Part shown: piece by piece, positions 12,027-24,358 of the stretch
How positions within the stretch are numbered: the stretch's first letter is position 1
Layout of the letters: every line of letters starts with the position of its first letter
Source: Lama guanicoe
Taxonomy: Eukaryota
Length of the DNA: 64,000 nucleotides
Direction of reading: 5' to 3'
NCBI GenBank assembly: GCA_013239625.1
Contig: MU057340.1
Location: forward strand, 8,326,931 to 8,390,930
Program-made: the position numbers and the translations under genes
The notes under the pieces: model-generated
Databases searched by the model: none
Told to the model about the DNA's origin: nothing
The model's input: the letters and a program-made list of their open reading frames with translations, nothing else

Positions 12027-13209
12027 TTTAACCAGGGTGGCTTTGCTTTATTCTTTTTGGCTTTATTCTTCATAAGATTTTTGGCTTTATTCTTTGTAAG
12101 CCTCCATTCGAATAAAGAATTCCCTGACTGGAAAAAGAAAAAAAGAAAAAAAGAAAGAGCTGAAAACCAATGATCTCATCCATTTCTGGCTTAATCTCTA
12201 CTTTATAAATGAGAAAAATGGGATTTGGAGGAGGGACTGAATTGATTGGATTCACGAGGCCCAGTTAAGCCTGGCCCCAGATCATCAGCAGCCTGGGTTT
12301 CTCCTGGGTCCTGTAACCCCAAGCCTGGAGCTTTCCTCGGGGGTGGGGGGAAGTTGCTTTCACGTTGAAGGACCACAGAGCTGCTGTCTTTCTGGTCCTG
12401 GGCATGGACTTGCCCCACCCCTCACTCCCATGTACGCACAAGGCCGATTTTCCTGTCCCTTCTCTGGTGAGACCCAGGGGCTTGGCACACACCTCCTGGG
12501 ACCTGTCAATCTTTCTCAAAAAGCAATAAGTGCACTTGCTTTTCCAGGAGGCAGCACTACCCCCAGATGCTTAAAAGCCCATTTGGGGCCCCCCGTGGGG
12601 TGCCCGAGACTGCCCCACCCCAGGAAGCTAGTGCTTTGTTTCTTGGTTGGTTTCCCACTCGTGTTTGCTTGACTTAGCAGTGCTGGTTCCGCCCTGCTCC
12701 TCCACTTCCCCTCCTGCCAAGAGGCCAGCCCGGTGACCCTGCCAGAGTCTGTCGCTCAGGCCCCAGGAAAACATCACCTGCCCGGTCTCAACCACTGCAT
12801 TGCCTCCCTGCTCTTCCGGAACTGGGCAGCCTCAGACGCGGTTCTTGTTGGGGTTGGTTTGATCTGAGAAGCCCTCTCACTGATATCTCCACCCAGGAAG
12901 AGAGTTGCTTTTGTGCATAAATGACACAGGCCGGAACGAGCATTGTGGTCCAGCGGTAGACGCCTCTGTCTGGTGAGCTGGCCAGCAAACGGGGACAAAG
13001 GGTGACAGGAGCAGGACCTTGCAGCCCAGGGGACAGGCAGCCTGGGGTCCAGAGCAGAGTTTCCTTGAGCCGGTCACTCCCCCTTTTGGAGCCTCGGTGT
13101 CTTTCTTGATCTTAAAACTGAAGACCTTTATTAGCAAGTTTGTGAACTTGAATAAAACCTCTAGTTGTACAAAGGTGGCTTTGTTTGTTTGCGGTTTAGT
13201 TGGTACTTT

Positions 13210-13560
13210 TAAGCTGCTTAACACAACCATTTTGTTTGCTCACTATTTTGTGGGTCAGGATTTCAGGAAGGGCTCCACTGGGCCATTCTGACTTGGAGAC
13301 TCAAGCGAGGTTGCAAAAGTCAGAGATCAGCTGTGGCTGCAGTCATCGCAAGGCCCGACCACATTGGATGTTCAAGCCTGCCCATTCAAAAGGTTGGCTG
13401 CTGACCCTGCTTGTCTGCTGGCATCTCAGGCAGGAGTATCAATCAGAGCATGCACGTGGCCTCCCCGTGTGGCCTGGGCTTCCTCACAGCGTGGCGGTCT
13501 ATGGTAGTTAGACTTCTTACCTGACAGCCCACAGCTCCAAAGGTGAGTGTCCCAGCCTGG
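13210..13560 (-). mobile_element. MaLR solo LTR (MLT1F/G/H-like)
   Basis: gcttaacacaaccattttgtttgctcactattttgtgggtcagga...ggcctgggcttcctcacagc is typical antisense MLT1. Confidence 0.8.
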
Positions 13561-13601
13561 AAAGTTTTTCCTACTTAAAACTTTTTAAAACCCCCCCTTG
13601 A

Positions 13602-13875
13602 GGGAGGGATAGATTAGGAGTTTGGGATTAACAGACATATATTATTATGTGTAAAAGAGATAAACATCAAAACCCAACTGTATTGCACAAGGAACTATAT
13701 TCAATTTCTTGTAATGAGCAGTAATGAAAAAGAAACTGAAAATATAAATGCATATGCATATGTATAACTGAATCGATTTGTTCTACACCTGAAACTAACA
13801 TTGTAAATTGACTACACTTCAATAAAAAAATAAGAATAAAAAAAGAACCACTTCTTTAAAAAATAAAATAAAATG
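13602..13875 (+). mobile_element. 5'-truncated artiodactyl-type L1 3' end with A-rich tail
   Basis: gggagggatagattaggagtttgggattaacaga...cttcaataaaaaaa; candidate TSD aaacccccccttga / aaacctccacttga. Confidence 0.9.
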
Positions 13876-16071
13876 AAACCTCCACTTGACAAGGTGTGAA
13901 ACAATTCAAGCTTTATAAAGGCATCATGATGTAAATGACATCATGGTTGTCATTACTAAAAAGAGAGGTCTGTGGATAAAAATAAAATAAAAACCCTGAG
14001 CTGCATGGGTAGTGCTAGTTATTTTGTTAACAGGCAGTTTTGTACTCAGTGCCAACCTCTTTTATTCACGTCCTATGGCTGGAGTCTCACATCTGTTACT
14101 CCTTGCCGGCTGCCCAGAGTGGCTGATGGTAGAAACAGCTAACATTGCCTGAGCAATGTCAGCCTTGCTGGTCAGCCTTGGGAGGGGACTTACTCTCAGG
14201 CAGTGGGGCATTTGCCTATTTGTCCTCTTGTACTTTGGGGTTTGGGGGACATCTACGTGGTGATCATAGTGCTGATGTAAAGGAGGAGGCTGCTGGCCCA
14301 GGGCTTGCATGTCTCTTGTCTTTATCTGAATCACTGCCGCCTGGCTGGGAACCTGTGGAAAGGCGGTCCGCAGCCTGGACACACACACAGCATGGTCTCC
14401 TGGTTGTCTGCCTGGTTCTGCTGCAAACTGACCAGCGCCTTCCACCCTGGGAGAGCTGGGACCCTGGGGCCAGCACCCACTAGACAGCCACATGTTGGGG
14501 GTGGGGACTGCTGTCTGGACCCAGCTGGGAAGGCGCTGCTGAGCCTGGTCACCTGGAGCAGACTCCCATCCCCTCTTGCTTCGCTCACTCTTATTCTTCC
14601 TGTAGTTCTGTTAGTGTGAAGTGGAGGATCCCTCCAACACACACATGCCCATTTTACCTGCTGGTACCAGGAAACCCCCTACCTGGGCCTGTCACCCTGC
14701 TCCTTGGCCACATCCAGCTTATCAGCCTCTCCTACGTGGCAGAGGCGCACTTTCGGGTCTTTGTCATGTTAGCCAGGTGTATAAACGCATCTTGAAACCA
14801 CGTTCCTGGCTTCCAACTTTCCTTACAATGACCTTCTGGTCCCTGCTGGCTGTGCTGGTGATACGAGTCTCCTGCTGTCGCTGTCTGGGGGCTGGCTGGG
14901 CCTGGTAGCCATGGCTTTTCGGACCAGGGTGGGTGGGGATAGGCTTCTGGACCTTTCTGCACATGGTAACACTGATGACGGCTGCTTATGACAGCAGCAC
15001 CTCCAGGGTGTGATGTGATTAGGCCAGTAGGCAGCAATGGGGCTGCTCAGGGCTCCCCGGGGCTCACCCTCTACCCTTTCTCCTAGTAGAATTGCTGGAT
15101 CTCAGTCTTCATCTATCAAAGAGGGAAACTGGACTAGGTGACCCGCTGGCTTATGCCCTACTGGTTCTGTAAAGTGAGTTTATCAGGGTGGAAGTCTTCT
15201 GCGCATGTAGAATGGACCAGAGGGCTGATGCACCAGCCAGCTCCTCCCCGTTCTCTGCCTCTTGGTCGGCAACATGTGAACAGTCTCATCCAGCCTGCAG
15301 ACTCTGCCTTCTCAGGTGTGAACCTGGGTTGTTTCAGGAGTCTGGTGGTCCACAGCACATGCTCAGCCCCAGCCATCCTGGTGCTGAGCATCAGTTAGAG
15401 AGGCTGACACCCAGAAGCCCACCCCTAGGCGTCTCTGTCCTCAGTGGACAGTGGCATTCTTCTAGAGGCCACTGTTGACAGGGGGCTCTTCTGAGGACCT
15501 GCAAAGGCAGTGTGTAGATATTCACAAGGGCCCCTGGAAGAGCAGAGGGACACTGGGGACCCTGCTTGGTAACTGCAGGTGACACCAGCATGCAGATGCA
15601 TATGGAACTCCCTGTTGGAGATGTTTGGCCAATGCTGGAGGAGGTAAAAACAGGAACTTAGAGAAACTGATGCTGATATGACAGCATTAGCTTTTGCAGA
15701 CTGGGATGTCTGCCCACACTGGGTTACATTAGCAAGGCCAAGGCCCCTACAGGGGCTGAGAGTGTTTCTGTTAAAGGGCCAGGTTGTGGGTGCGAAGTGG
15801 CTGCAAAGAGGAGTGCTGGAGAGTTGCTCCATCAGGGACTGCAAGTTAGGGGACAGAGCAAGAGCTCTAGCTTCAACTACCTTGGAAGGAAGGAGAGAGA
15901 AAGAGGCAAGTAGAGAAAACACTCCTCCTTTCTCTGAAAAGGACAGTGGCCGGGGAATAGTCCTGCTCTCAGAGGGCAACCCAAGGAACAGGAGAGATCG
16001 GGTCACTGGAAAACTGGAGGAGTTGGAATGACTCAAGTAACTGGCAGGATTTCCATTAGTAGTAGATTTTA

Positions 16072-16158
16072 TTATTTTATTTTATTTTATTTTATTTTAT
16101 TTTATTTTATTTTATTGAAGTATAATCAGTTTACAATGTTGTGTCAATTTCTGGTGTA
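16072..16158 (-). mobile_element. Extremely 5'-truncated L1 (about 45 bp plus (TTTTA)n tail)
   Basis: TSD agtagtagatttta (16058-16071) / agtagtacatttta (16159-16172). Confidence 0.88.
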
Positions 16159-16174
16159 AGTAGTACATTTTAGA

Positions 16175-16365
16175 CAGGAATTTACCAATGGGACTTTCTG
16201 GGATAATAGAAAATGTTCTATGTCTGCACTGCTATGCAGTATGGTGGCTATTGAGTGCTTGGAATATGACCATTGCAACTGTGGACCAGAAGTTTTTATT
16301 TTAGTTTAATTAACTTAAAATGAAACATCCATATGTGATTAGTGGCTACCACACTGGATCAGAGG
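16175..16365 (+). mobile_element. MER3 hAT-Charlie MITE
   Basis: actttctgggataatagaaaatgttctatgtctgcactg...gtggctattgagtgcttgg...tagtggctacc. Confidence 0.85.
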
Positions 16366-16425
16366 AGGACTGAATGCATTTGTTTCCAATATTTGAAACA
16401 ATACTGTCTCTTTTATTAGAAACAG

Positions 16426-16887
16426 ATGTTCTAATAAAAACTTATACATGAATGTTCACAGCAGCACTTTCATAATGGCCAAAAGGTGGAAATAACCCAA
16501 TGTCCATCAACAGCTGAATGGATAAATAAAATTTAGTTATAAATAAAATAAAATCTAGGTGATGGAATAATATTCAACCATAAAAAAGGAATGAGTTATG
16601 AATACCCGCTACATGTATGAACCTTGAAAATATTACGCTAAGTCAAAGAAACCAGATACAAACGTTCATGTGTTTTTGTGATTCTGTTTTTAGGAAACGT
16701 CTCGAATAGGCTAATCCACAGAGACAGAGAGCAGGTTGGTGGTTGCCAGGGGGCTGGGGGTAAGAGGGAACGGGTGGCAACAGCTTAATGTGTATGATAC
16801 TTCCTTTGGGGATGATGAAAATATCTTGGAATTATAGGTCATGACTGCGCAGCATTGTGACCACACTAAATGTCACTAATGGTAAAC
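16426..16887 (+). mobile_element. L1MB-like 3' end
   Basis: gaatgttcacagcagcac...tgtccatcaacagctgaatggataaa...gtggttgccaggggg...ggggatgatgaaaata. Confidence 0.85.
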
Positions 16888-17894
16888 AAGATAAAAACAA
16901 ACAAAAGACAAGATTCTCTCCTTTTACTCCTTTGGAAAAGGGAATGAAGTCTTCTGGCCTTGGTGGACTCCTGGCTTCTCTCTACCCCAGGCATGTTCAG
17001 CCTCTTGCCACTTCTCCCCCTTTCCCAGGGGCAGAGGACACCAGCCAGGGGTCACCCTGAGCTGCTATCTTAGGAGGGGCAGGGAAGTGCTTGGTGAGAG
17101 TCATGCAGTGAGGGAGGCAGGCAGGGGACACACCACTGGGTAAGGCCCTCCGTGTCCTCACAGGGGAACTGGGAAACAGCTACAGACACGAGGCTGGTGG
17201 CTTTGCCTTGCTGAGGGTTGGAGACATGGCAGCCCCTGCCCTGGGAGCTCAAACTCCGGCGGAGGGCAGGAGGCGACATGATTAACAGCCTCCTGGGTCC
17301 AGCCCTCATCAAGGCAAAGTGTGTGTCTATTAATCAGACAGCAGTGCTCTTTGCTGAGACATTCGTGGGTGTGGGGCAGTCCCCAGTGTTCATCCAGGAT
17401 GCTGTGTGGGGCTCCTAACCTTTCCCTGCCATCTGCCGGGAGCCCCGCCTCCCTTCACACGCAGCCAGCTGGCCGAAAGGACAAGGCACCCTCAATTAGC
17501 CGGGAACACCGCTCAGGAAGCGATTTGCCTTCAGAAATGAGACCACACTTCTGACTCCCCAAATCAATATTCACTCTCCAGGCGGTTCTGGAAACCACTG
17601 CAGGAGAGACACCCTCTCCACCTGCTGAATAAAATAAATTGTGAAATCACTTGGTCCAAAGGGAAAAATGATCCCCACCCCCAGCCCAGGATATATGAAG
17701 AAGGGGAAAACGCGGGCCTGCAGGAAGCGGAGAACTCAGAGGTAGGAGCTCTGAGTTCTGGTCTCTGTCCCACCCCAGCAGTGTCCCAGGCTGTCACTCG
17801 AACTTTCCATTTTCTAGTCTGTCAAATGGAATGAGTGAGCCTGCCCTGCTCTACTCCCCAGGCTCCAAGAGCATGAACTACGATGTCACACAGA

Positions 17895-18110
17895 ACTGAG
17901 TTCCAATTTCCCTGCTGCCCCACCACTCACTGTGCAACGTGGGATCAGCCGCTTGGTCTTCCAAAGCCTGTTTTCCCATCTGTAAAATGGGTAGAAGAAA
18001 GCCTACTTGATAGGATTGTCATGGGAATCAAGTGACACGGGAAACCATTAGCACTGCACCCGGCCCTCAGGGAGAAGTGCTTGAGGAGTTCCAGCTATTA
18101 TTATAATTAT
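17895..18110 (+). mobile_element. MIR SINE
   Basis: gttttcccatctgtaaaatggg core and agctattattat tail. Confidence 0.8.
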
Positions 18111-18372
18111 CTATATCATTATACGTTATAATTCACAATAAACAGAACTCTAGATGGGAAAGCAGTATCAAAACACGCAGCTTGTTTCGCTAGGTCAAGG
18201 TTACACTGCAGGGTTAGGCAGAAGACTTGGGAATGGGTTCTGGTGCTGCCACTGGTAGCGGGGCAAAGTTCTACTGTTTTTTTAACCTGTGTCCCACCTT
18301 CTGTTCATAAATGGGTCTCAGCTGCTCAAGAAATGGACCCCCAGCAACCCAGAAAATCTTGCTGTGGACCCT

Positions 18373-18553
18373 TGTTAGAGACTGATTGTATGTGGACCCT
18401 GTTCATTCATAGAAACCTAATTCCCAATGTGATGGTGTTGGTCGGTGGGGTCATTGGGGTGATGAGGTCATGAAAGTGGAGGCTTCAGCAGTGGGATTAG
18501 TGCTGTATAAAAGAGACCCTCATCCCTCCCTTTATGTGAGGACACAGCAAGAA
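18373..18553 (+). mobile_element. MaLR LTR (MLT1A/MST-like), truncated by assembly gap
   Basis: cctaattcccaatgtgatggtgtt...gggattagtgctgtataaaagagaccc...tgtgaggacacagcaagaa. Confidence 0.85.
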
Positions 18554-18684
18554 NNNNNNNNNNNNNNNNNNNNNNNNNNNNNNNNNNNNNNNNNNNNNNN
18601 NNNNNNNNNNNNNNNNNNNNNNNNNNNNNNNNNNNNNNNNNNNNNNNNNNNNNNNNNNNNNNNNNNNNNNNNNNNNNNNNNNNN
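18554..18684. other. Assembly gap (N run)
   Basis: 131 N. Confidence 0.99.
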
Positions 18685-19494
18685 CAGAACAGTCCGGGAC
18701 AGCCCTGGAGATGGCTCTGCTGATTGTCCAGAATGTGGGTCCCCATCCCCGTGGCGGACCTTAGCATCCCCAGCCCTCTGTCTCCCTGAGCCTCCCACCT
18801 CTTCTCCCCATACCTTGCTCAGATGACCCACTTTGGACACGCTTCTCTGATTCAGTCTCGAGCTCCTGTGGGACTCACCCTCCGGCTCCATCAGCTCAGC
18901 TGCAGTAAGGAAACAATCTCCTTTTCCACACCCCATCCTTCAGGACTAGAGTCAGCCTCTCAGGTTGCCCACCTCAGTTTCCCCAGCCATAAAATAAGAA
19001 TGCTGACCCAGTTCCTCTTGAAGTTTTTTCTCCAGCTTCACAATCAGTGCTTCTAAATATCAATGTTGGGGGACACTGAAATGTTTGTTGTTCTTTTGTA
19101 AAACACAACCTGCAAAACCAGCCTGTAGACAGGTGCCTCTGAAGGGATGAGTCACGCTGGGGGAACAGAAACCCCAGATTAATTAATTTTTCTCCAAGTG
19201 GCTCCCATTCATCTCACCTCCATTAACCTTTGGGTCTGTTTATGGTGAGAAACCTGAGTGTAGGACTGAAGCAGGATGACTCTTGCCCAAGGCGTCTGTC
19301 AGCTGCCAAGGGGTTGTCACAGGGTGGGAGGGGTGGAGCAGGAACCAGGGCTCCGAGATGGTCAGGGTGGGGGCCCTTCTGGAACCGCCTCTTAGGAATG
19401 AGAAATGATCCACCGAGTCCTTCGGTAAAGGCTCCCTCCTGCCAACCCCACTCCAGGTATCAGCATCCTGTAGGTGGTTCCATCAGACACTCTA

Positions 19495-19670
19495 GCTGCG
19501 CTTGGTAGCCACTAGCCACAAATGGCTATTTAAATTTGTGATTAAAATTAAACATAAATTTAGTTCCCCAGTAAAACGAGGCATATTTCAGGCACTCAGG
19601 AGCACCCTATAACTACTGGCTTCCATATCGGACAGCACGGATGGACAACTGTTCCACCATCACACTGGAA
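19495..19670 (-). mobile_element. MER3-like hAT MITE
   Basis: ggtagccactagccacaaatggctatttaaattt...ggacagcacggatggacaactgttccaccatca. Confidence 0.8.
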
Positions 19671-19964
19671 TGTATACAGCATAGAAAATGAGACCCAAAG
19701 TTTCCCTGGGATCAGAAATACCAAAGACAGTGGTAACAAGACATGCTAAGGTTACATGTCAGTGTACTCCAAAGATGCCCTAGCATGTCTTACAGCATCC
19801 CGCACCTCCTCCTGGGCTCTGGGGAGCGGTCTGGCTGTACTGTTGGAGGAGGAGCTACCCCTAATCTCAACATCAGAAGCTTAGGATGGCCCCTGGAACC
19901 TCGGGCATCCCCTGTCTCTAATGGAGCAATCTGTAAGGATGGGAGTAGGACGTGGTGGGAGAAA

Positions 19965-20190
19965 GTAACTCACATTTATTGAGCACGTTCTGCATGCCAG
20001 CGTGGTCCTAGATGTTTTACACATGTTGTTCATGTAATCCTTACAACCAAGCTATGGGGTCAGGTATACCATCACCCGCTCAATGACTCCTTGAGATCAG
20101 GGACTGCTGAGTTAATATTTGCCAAGTTCTTAGAACAGTGCCTGGAACTTTGTAAGTGCCAGTCAAGTGTTTGTTAAAGATGAATAAATC
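19965..20190. mobile_element. Antisense MIR followed by L2 3' end
   Basis: taactcacatttattgagcac...taatccttacaacc; agaacagtgcctggaac...gatgaataaat. Confidence 0.7.
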
Positions 20191-20369
20191 CATCTTGGAC
20201 TTAGTATTCTACGCAAGGTGGTGGCAGAGCAGAGGAGAGAATCTGGCCTCCTGTCTGCACTCCAAGCCTCTTTTTGTTGCATCCATTGGCTAAGAAGCCT
20301 GACAGAGAGGACACTGTTTTTTTGGGGGGGGGTTGTTTGTTTGTTTGTTTGTTTTGGTCCTCCCATTCC

Positions 20370-20785
20370 ATTCTCCCTTCCTCATTGCTTCCTGACTTTC
20401 TTTTGGGAAACGACTCTTCCTCACTGTGGGCAATCCTGGCAAGCAAATGAACTGTGATGCCCTGCCTTACCCTAACCAAGAGGTGGGCATTACACCAATG
20501 AGATTCCCTCTGCCAGGACTTTGAATTCTGAGCCTAAAGACACGGTGATGGAAAGCCCCATTGGAGTGCCCTCCTCCCAGCATCTGTGCCTGAAAGAGAG
20601 AGGAGATCAGGTTCTATTGCCTGAATCCCCAGAGCTGTCATGTCATTGGTTCTGTTTCCAGCCTGGTTCTCCAGCTACTTGCCAGTTTTGCGAGCTGCCT
20701 GATAGCCCCTCATCCAATTCCCCGTTAGATGAAACTGACCAGAGTTGTTTTTTGTGGCTTGCAACTGAGGAAAGTTGGCTGATGC
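20370..20785 (+). mobile_element. Old MaLR solo LTR (MLT1K/L-like)
   Basis: ccaatgagattccctc...; 3' end cagagttgttttttgtggcttgcaactgaggaaagttggctgatgc. Confidence 0.6.
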
Positions 20786-20953
20786 TTCTTCAAAGGAACA
20801 AAAAGTCATAGCCCTGAAAAAGAAGAACTGAGAGGAAGAAAGAGATGGAAGAAGCTAGAGTGGAAATAGGACTTGGGTCCCCAAAGCCACTTTCCTATCC
20901 TTTGATGATCCCAAATGATTCTTCATGGAAAAGTAGGAGGCACTGAAGAGAGA

Positions 20954-21343
20954 TGTGACAGGCCTGAGTAATCAGCCCCAATTCTTCACCTTCCCTACAT
21001 TCATACACTTTGTCATTTGGTTTTGCTCCCCCTAGAGGTGTTGATTTCTCTACTCCTGGAATCTGGGCTTGGCCATGTGACTTGCTTCTCCAAAGAGAAA
21101 TTTGTGAGCAGAATGTTGGCTGAGGCTTGAAAAATGCTTGCACATTTGGGCTTGTCCTTTTGTGCTTCTGCAGCTGCAATGAGAATAACATGTTTGTGCA
21201 GAAGATCTAGAGTCAAGTGCATCCCAGAGCCACCCTCAGCTAACCCACAGCAGCAAGAGTGTGAGTAATGATTGCTGTTTTAGCCACTCAATTTCAGGGT
21301 AGTTTGTTATGCAGCCTTATTATCACAATAGCTAACTGATACA
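20954..21343 (+). mobile_element. MaLR solo LTR (MLT1H/I-like)
   Basis: TG...CA termini; gggcttggccatgtgacttgctt; 3' ttgttatgcagc...caatagctaactgataca. Confidence 0.85.
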
Positions 21344-21386
21344 AGCAGACTGTAAATCAAAGTGCTAAAGTGTTCCAATGAACAGC

Positions 21387-21526
21387 NNNNNNNNNNNNNN
21401 NNNNNNNNNNNNNNNNNNNNNNNNNNNNNNNNNNNNNNNNNNNNNNNNNNNNNNNNNNNNNNNNNNNNNNNNNNNNNNNNNNNNNNNNNNNNNNNNNNNN
21501 NNNNNNNNNNNNNNNNNNNNNNNNNN
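21387..21526. other. Assembly gap (N run)
   Basis: 140 N. Confidence 0.99.
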
Positions 21527-21529
21527 CTT

Positions 21530-21700
21530 TGCATATGTTCTCTCATTCAATAATCACAAACAGCTTTATGAGTCAGCACTATTATTCACATTTTATAGGC
21601 AAGGGCACTGAGGCTCAGACTGTATGGGTACTTACTAATGCCACACAACTAGCAGGTGGCAGTACTGAGATTCAGACCCAGGCATGTGTCTCTATATACT
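21530..21700 (-). mobile_element. MIR SINE
   Basis: cattttataggcaagggcactgaggctcaga...gagattcagacccaggca. Confidence 0.8.
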
Positions 21701-22009
21701 GTGTTTTTAGTGCCTCCTCCCCACCTTGCACCCCTTCCCTGCTTCCATGGCATCCCATGGCTCTGACATTGGGTTTAGGTAATTTTATCCAGGGCGTCCC
21801 AAGAATGAGATACAGAATTTTAGGCACAGGAATTTATATTCTAGGAGCTAGTAGAAGGCAACACAGATGTTTGGATGTGTGCTCCACTTCTCACTAAGAA
21901 TTTGCAGCTAATTGCTTAATAGTAAACCCTGAATTTCATTTCCTGCATCCTGTTTATGTTTATAATTAAAAGGCACAACACTTCTATTTTCTGTCTTCAT
22001 CCCCCGTAC

Positions 22010-22800
22010 AGTCTATTGAAAAGCACTGCTGATTTTCATAACTTCTAAATATCTTGTCAGTCTATCAGTGTCTCTCCACATCTCCATCCCCATCTCCCTC
22101 CCAGACTAATTACACAATCACCTCCTCCTGGGTCTCCCATTTCCAGTCTGGTCTTCTCCAATCCATTCTCCACTCTGCAACCAGAGTGATCTTTCCAAAA
22201 TGCAAACCTGTTTAAAGCACTTTAATGACCTCTCATTATTTTTAAAATCATGACAAACTACCTACAGGTGACCAGCCCTGAATGATCTGGCCCCATCAGC
22301 CTCTGCAGCATCTTTTGTCTCCATGCTCTGTCTTCACTGCTGTGCTTTAGACACTATGTACATTCTACTCTTCCTCATGCATCCTGTGCCCCGACCTTCC
22401 TGGTCCCAGAGCCTTTGCACATGCTGTTCCTCTGATCACAGAGCCTTTGCACATGCTGGAACACTCTTCGCACATCAGCCTTTTCACTAGGTTAACTCTT
22501 ACTCATCCTTTATATCACCCCTTGATCATCAATTCCCCTCATTATCATCCCCATCCCAGAGTAGGTTAGATTTCCCTATCCTCCAAAACCCACATTTCTC
22601 TCCAATGTGGACCTTGCAATAGCTAGTATTTCTGCATTTATTATATGATTATTAGAGTAAAGCTCCTCTTTGTAACTGAGCCACTAAGGTCATGAGTTGA
22701 GGAACCACGTCACTCATCACTCCCCTTCTACCTCCAGCCCCGGCACACTGCCAAGCCCAATAAGTCATTGATGAATAATGGATGAATAAATAATCAAATG
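22010..22800 (+). mobile_element. LINE-2 3' portion
   Basis: ctccaatccattctccactctgcaaccagagtgatcttt; gcctttgcacatgctgttcc; terminal gatgaataaat. Confidence 0.85.
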
Positions 22801-23231
22801 CTACTCCCCATCTCCCCCACCCCACCCCCAAATCTGCTCCTCCTGCTCCCTCCCATTCCTCTTTGAGGACCAGCTGCAAAACAAATGCAGAGAGTGACCA
22901 GTTAGAGGGCAAGGATGGGAGCAGGTCCTGGCCTTGCTGGCCCGGGGCATGCATGAGCTGGGCCCCGCCCACTGAGAAAAGCTCTCCCATCTCAGGAGTC
23001 CATCCCTCAGCCCCGGGACTTCCTGTGGACCTACTGTGTGCCTGCACTTACCAGGTGCTATAGGGGGACCCCAAGAAGAGAATCCCCTGGTCTCCCTGGC
23101 ATCGTTTAGTCATTTCATCAATGACCATGAACTGAGCATGTCCAGTGTGTACTGAACAGCGTAATAAGCCTTGAAGAGGCACAGGTGAGTATGCATTCCC
23201 CGCTCTTAAGAAGGTTCTGGGCTAGTCTAGA

Positions 23232-23446
23232 AAGAGGTTGGCTAACTGCAGCCAGCAGGCCATATCCAGCCTGTGTTTGTAAATCAAACTTCATCAGACC
23301 ACCACCACACTCCCTTGTCACCTGTTGTGTGTGGACACATCTGTGCTCCTAGTGACCATGCGGGGGGTCGTATGGTGGGGGACATACGACTGCAGGGCTG
23401 AAAATACTTATCATCCGGCCTCTTACAGAGAGTTGACTAACCCCTG
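23232..23446 (+). mobile_element. MER58A-like hAT MITE
   Basis: Degenerate TIRs (aagaggttggctaac / gactaacccctg) flanked by gtctaga-type 8-bp TSDs. Confidence 0.8.
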
Positions 23447-24126
23447 GTCTAGAGGGCAATTGATATGTAAATAGAAACAGAAAATGATAAAATGAAGAGA
23501 AACTAGTTACTGTATAACCCCGAGTATGTGAGTCAGCATACTGACCGAGTGAGTTTAACCCTTGGGTAGAGTAACGGAAGTCAAGCCTTGTTGACTGACC
23601 GTGATTCCAAAATTACCCAGAACCACTTTTCAGGATGTGGCTTTCATGAGACAGGGACACATGGCAACAAACCATTTGATATTAGTCCAAAGGTAATTTC
23701 CAAAGCCCATCAGCCCAGTGGAATTCAGTCAATGAGTTAAATCTTCATTCAGAACCTTCCGGTGCCTTCAGCCTTGGGCAAGGCCTTCTGGGACCAGCCT
23801 CTCTGGGGAACCAACATTGCGTTTTGTGCTGTGAGGAGCTGAACGGTGAGGCTGGGAGGTAGAGAGGAGACAGGTGATGCGAGGATGCAGCGGGAGAAAC
23901 CACGGGGAGGTAGCAGTGGGGACAGACCGGTGCCAGGCTAGGTGCAAGGCTGACTCAGCCCAGGACACCAGAGCATCATGAAGCCACGCTGCTGAGGCCC
24001 ACGCCCAGGCCCCACAGAGAACGACTCTGCAGGCTTGCAAATGTAGCCAGAGGGCATGTGTTTATCCAGGAGAGGGTTTGAGCTTCAATTTAGTTCAGAC
24101 ACCTCACAAATAGGATGTACCAGTTT

Positions 24127-24358
24127 TTGTGTGTTTTTTTGAAGTAGAGTCAGTTTACATTGTGTGAATTTCAAGTGTACAGCACAATGTTTCAGTCATA
24201 TGTATACATATATATATTCCTTTACATATTCTTTTTCATTATAGATTACTACAAGGTATTGAATATAGTTCCCTGTGCTATACAGTAGTAACTTGCTGTT
24301 TATTCTATGCATAGTAGTTAGTATCTGCAAGTCTCAAACTCCCAGTTTATCCCTTCTC
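24127..24358 (-). mobile_element. 5'-truncated L1 3' UTR
   Basis: ttttttgaagtagagtcagtttaca...atagttccctgtgctatacag; candidate TSD ataggatgtaccagttt / atagggtttgccagttt. Confidence 0.9.

Noticed and set aside
13748-13759. Perfect POU MORE-type palindrome ATGCATATGCAT
   Set aside because: Lies in the mutable (TA/CA)-rich stretch of an L1 3' UTR and is easily produced by chance
15425-16036. 203-aa ORF; also 57265-57867 (200 aa), 61221-61781 (186 aa) and 55450-55704
   Set aside because: No recognisable family motif or exon structure; such lengths are expected by chance in GC-rich DNA. BLASTX/PhyloCSF would settle it
23367-23390. 8-bp hairpin gtcgtatg/catacgac
   Set aside because: Inside a diverged MER58-like MITE and too short to exceed chance
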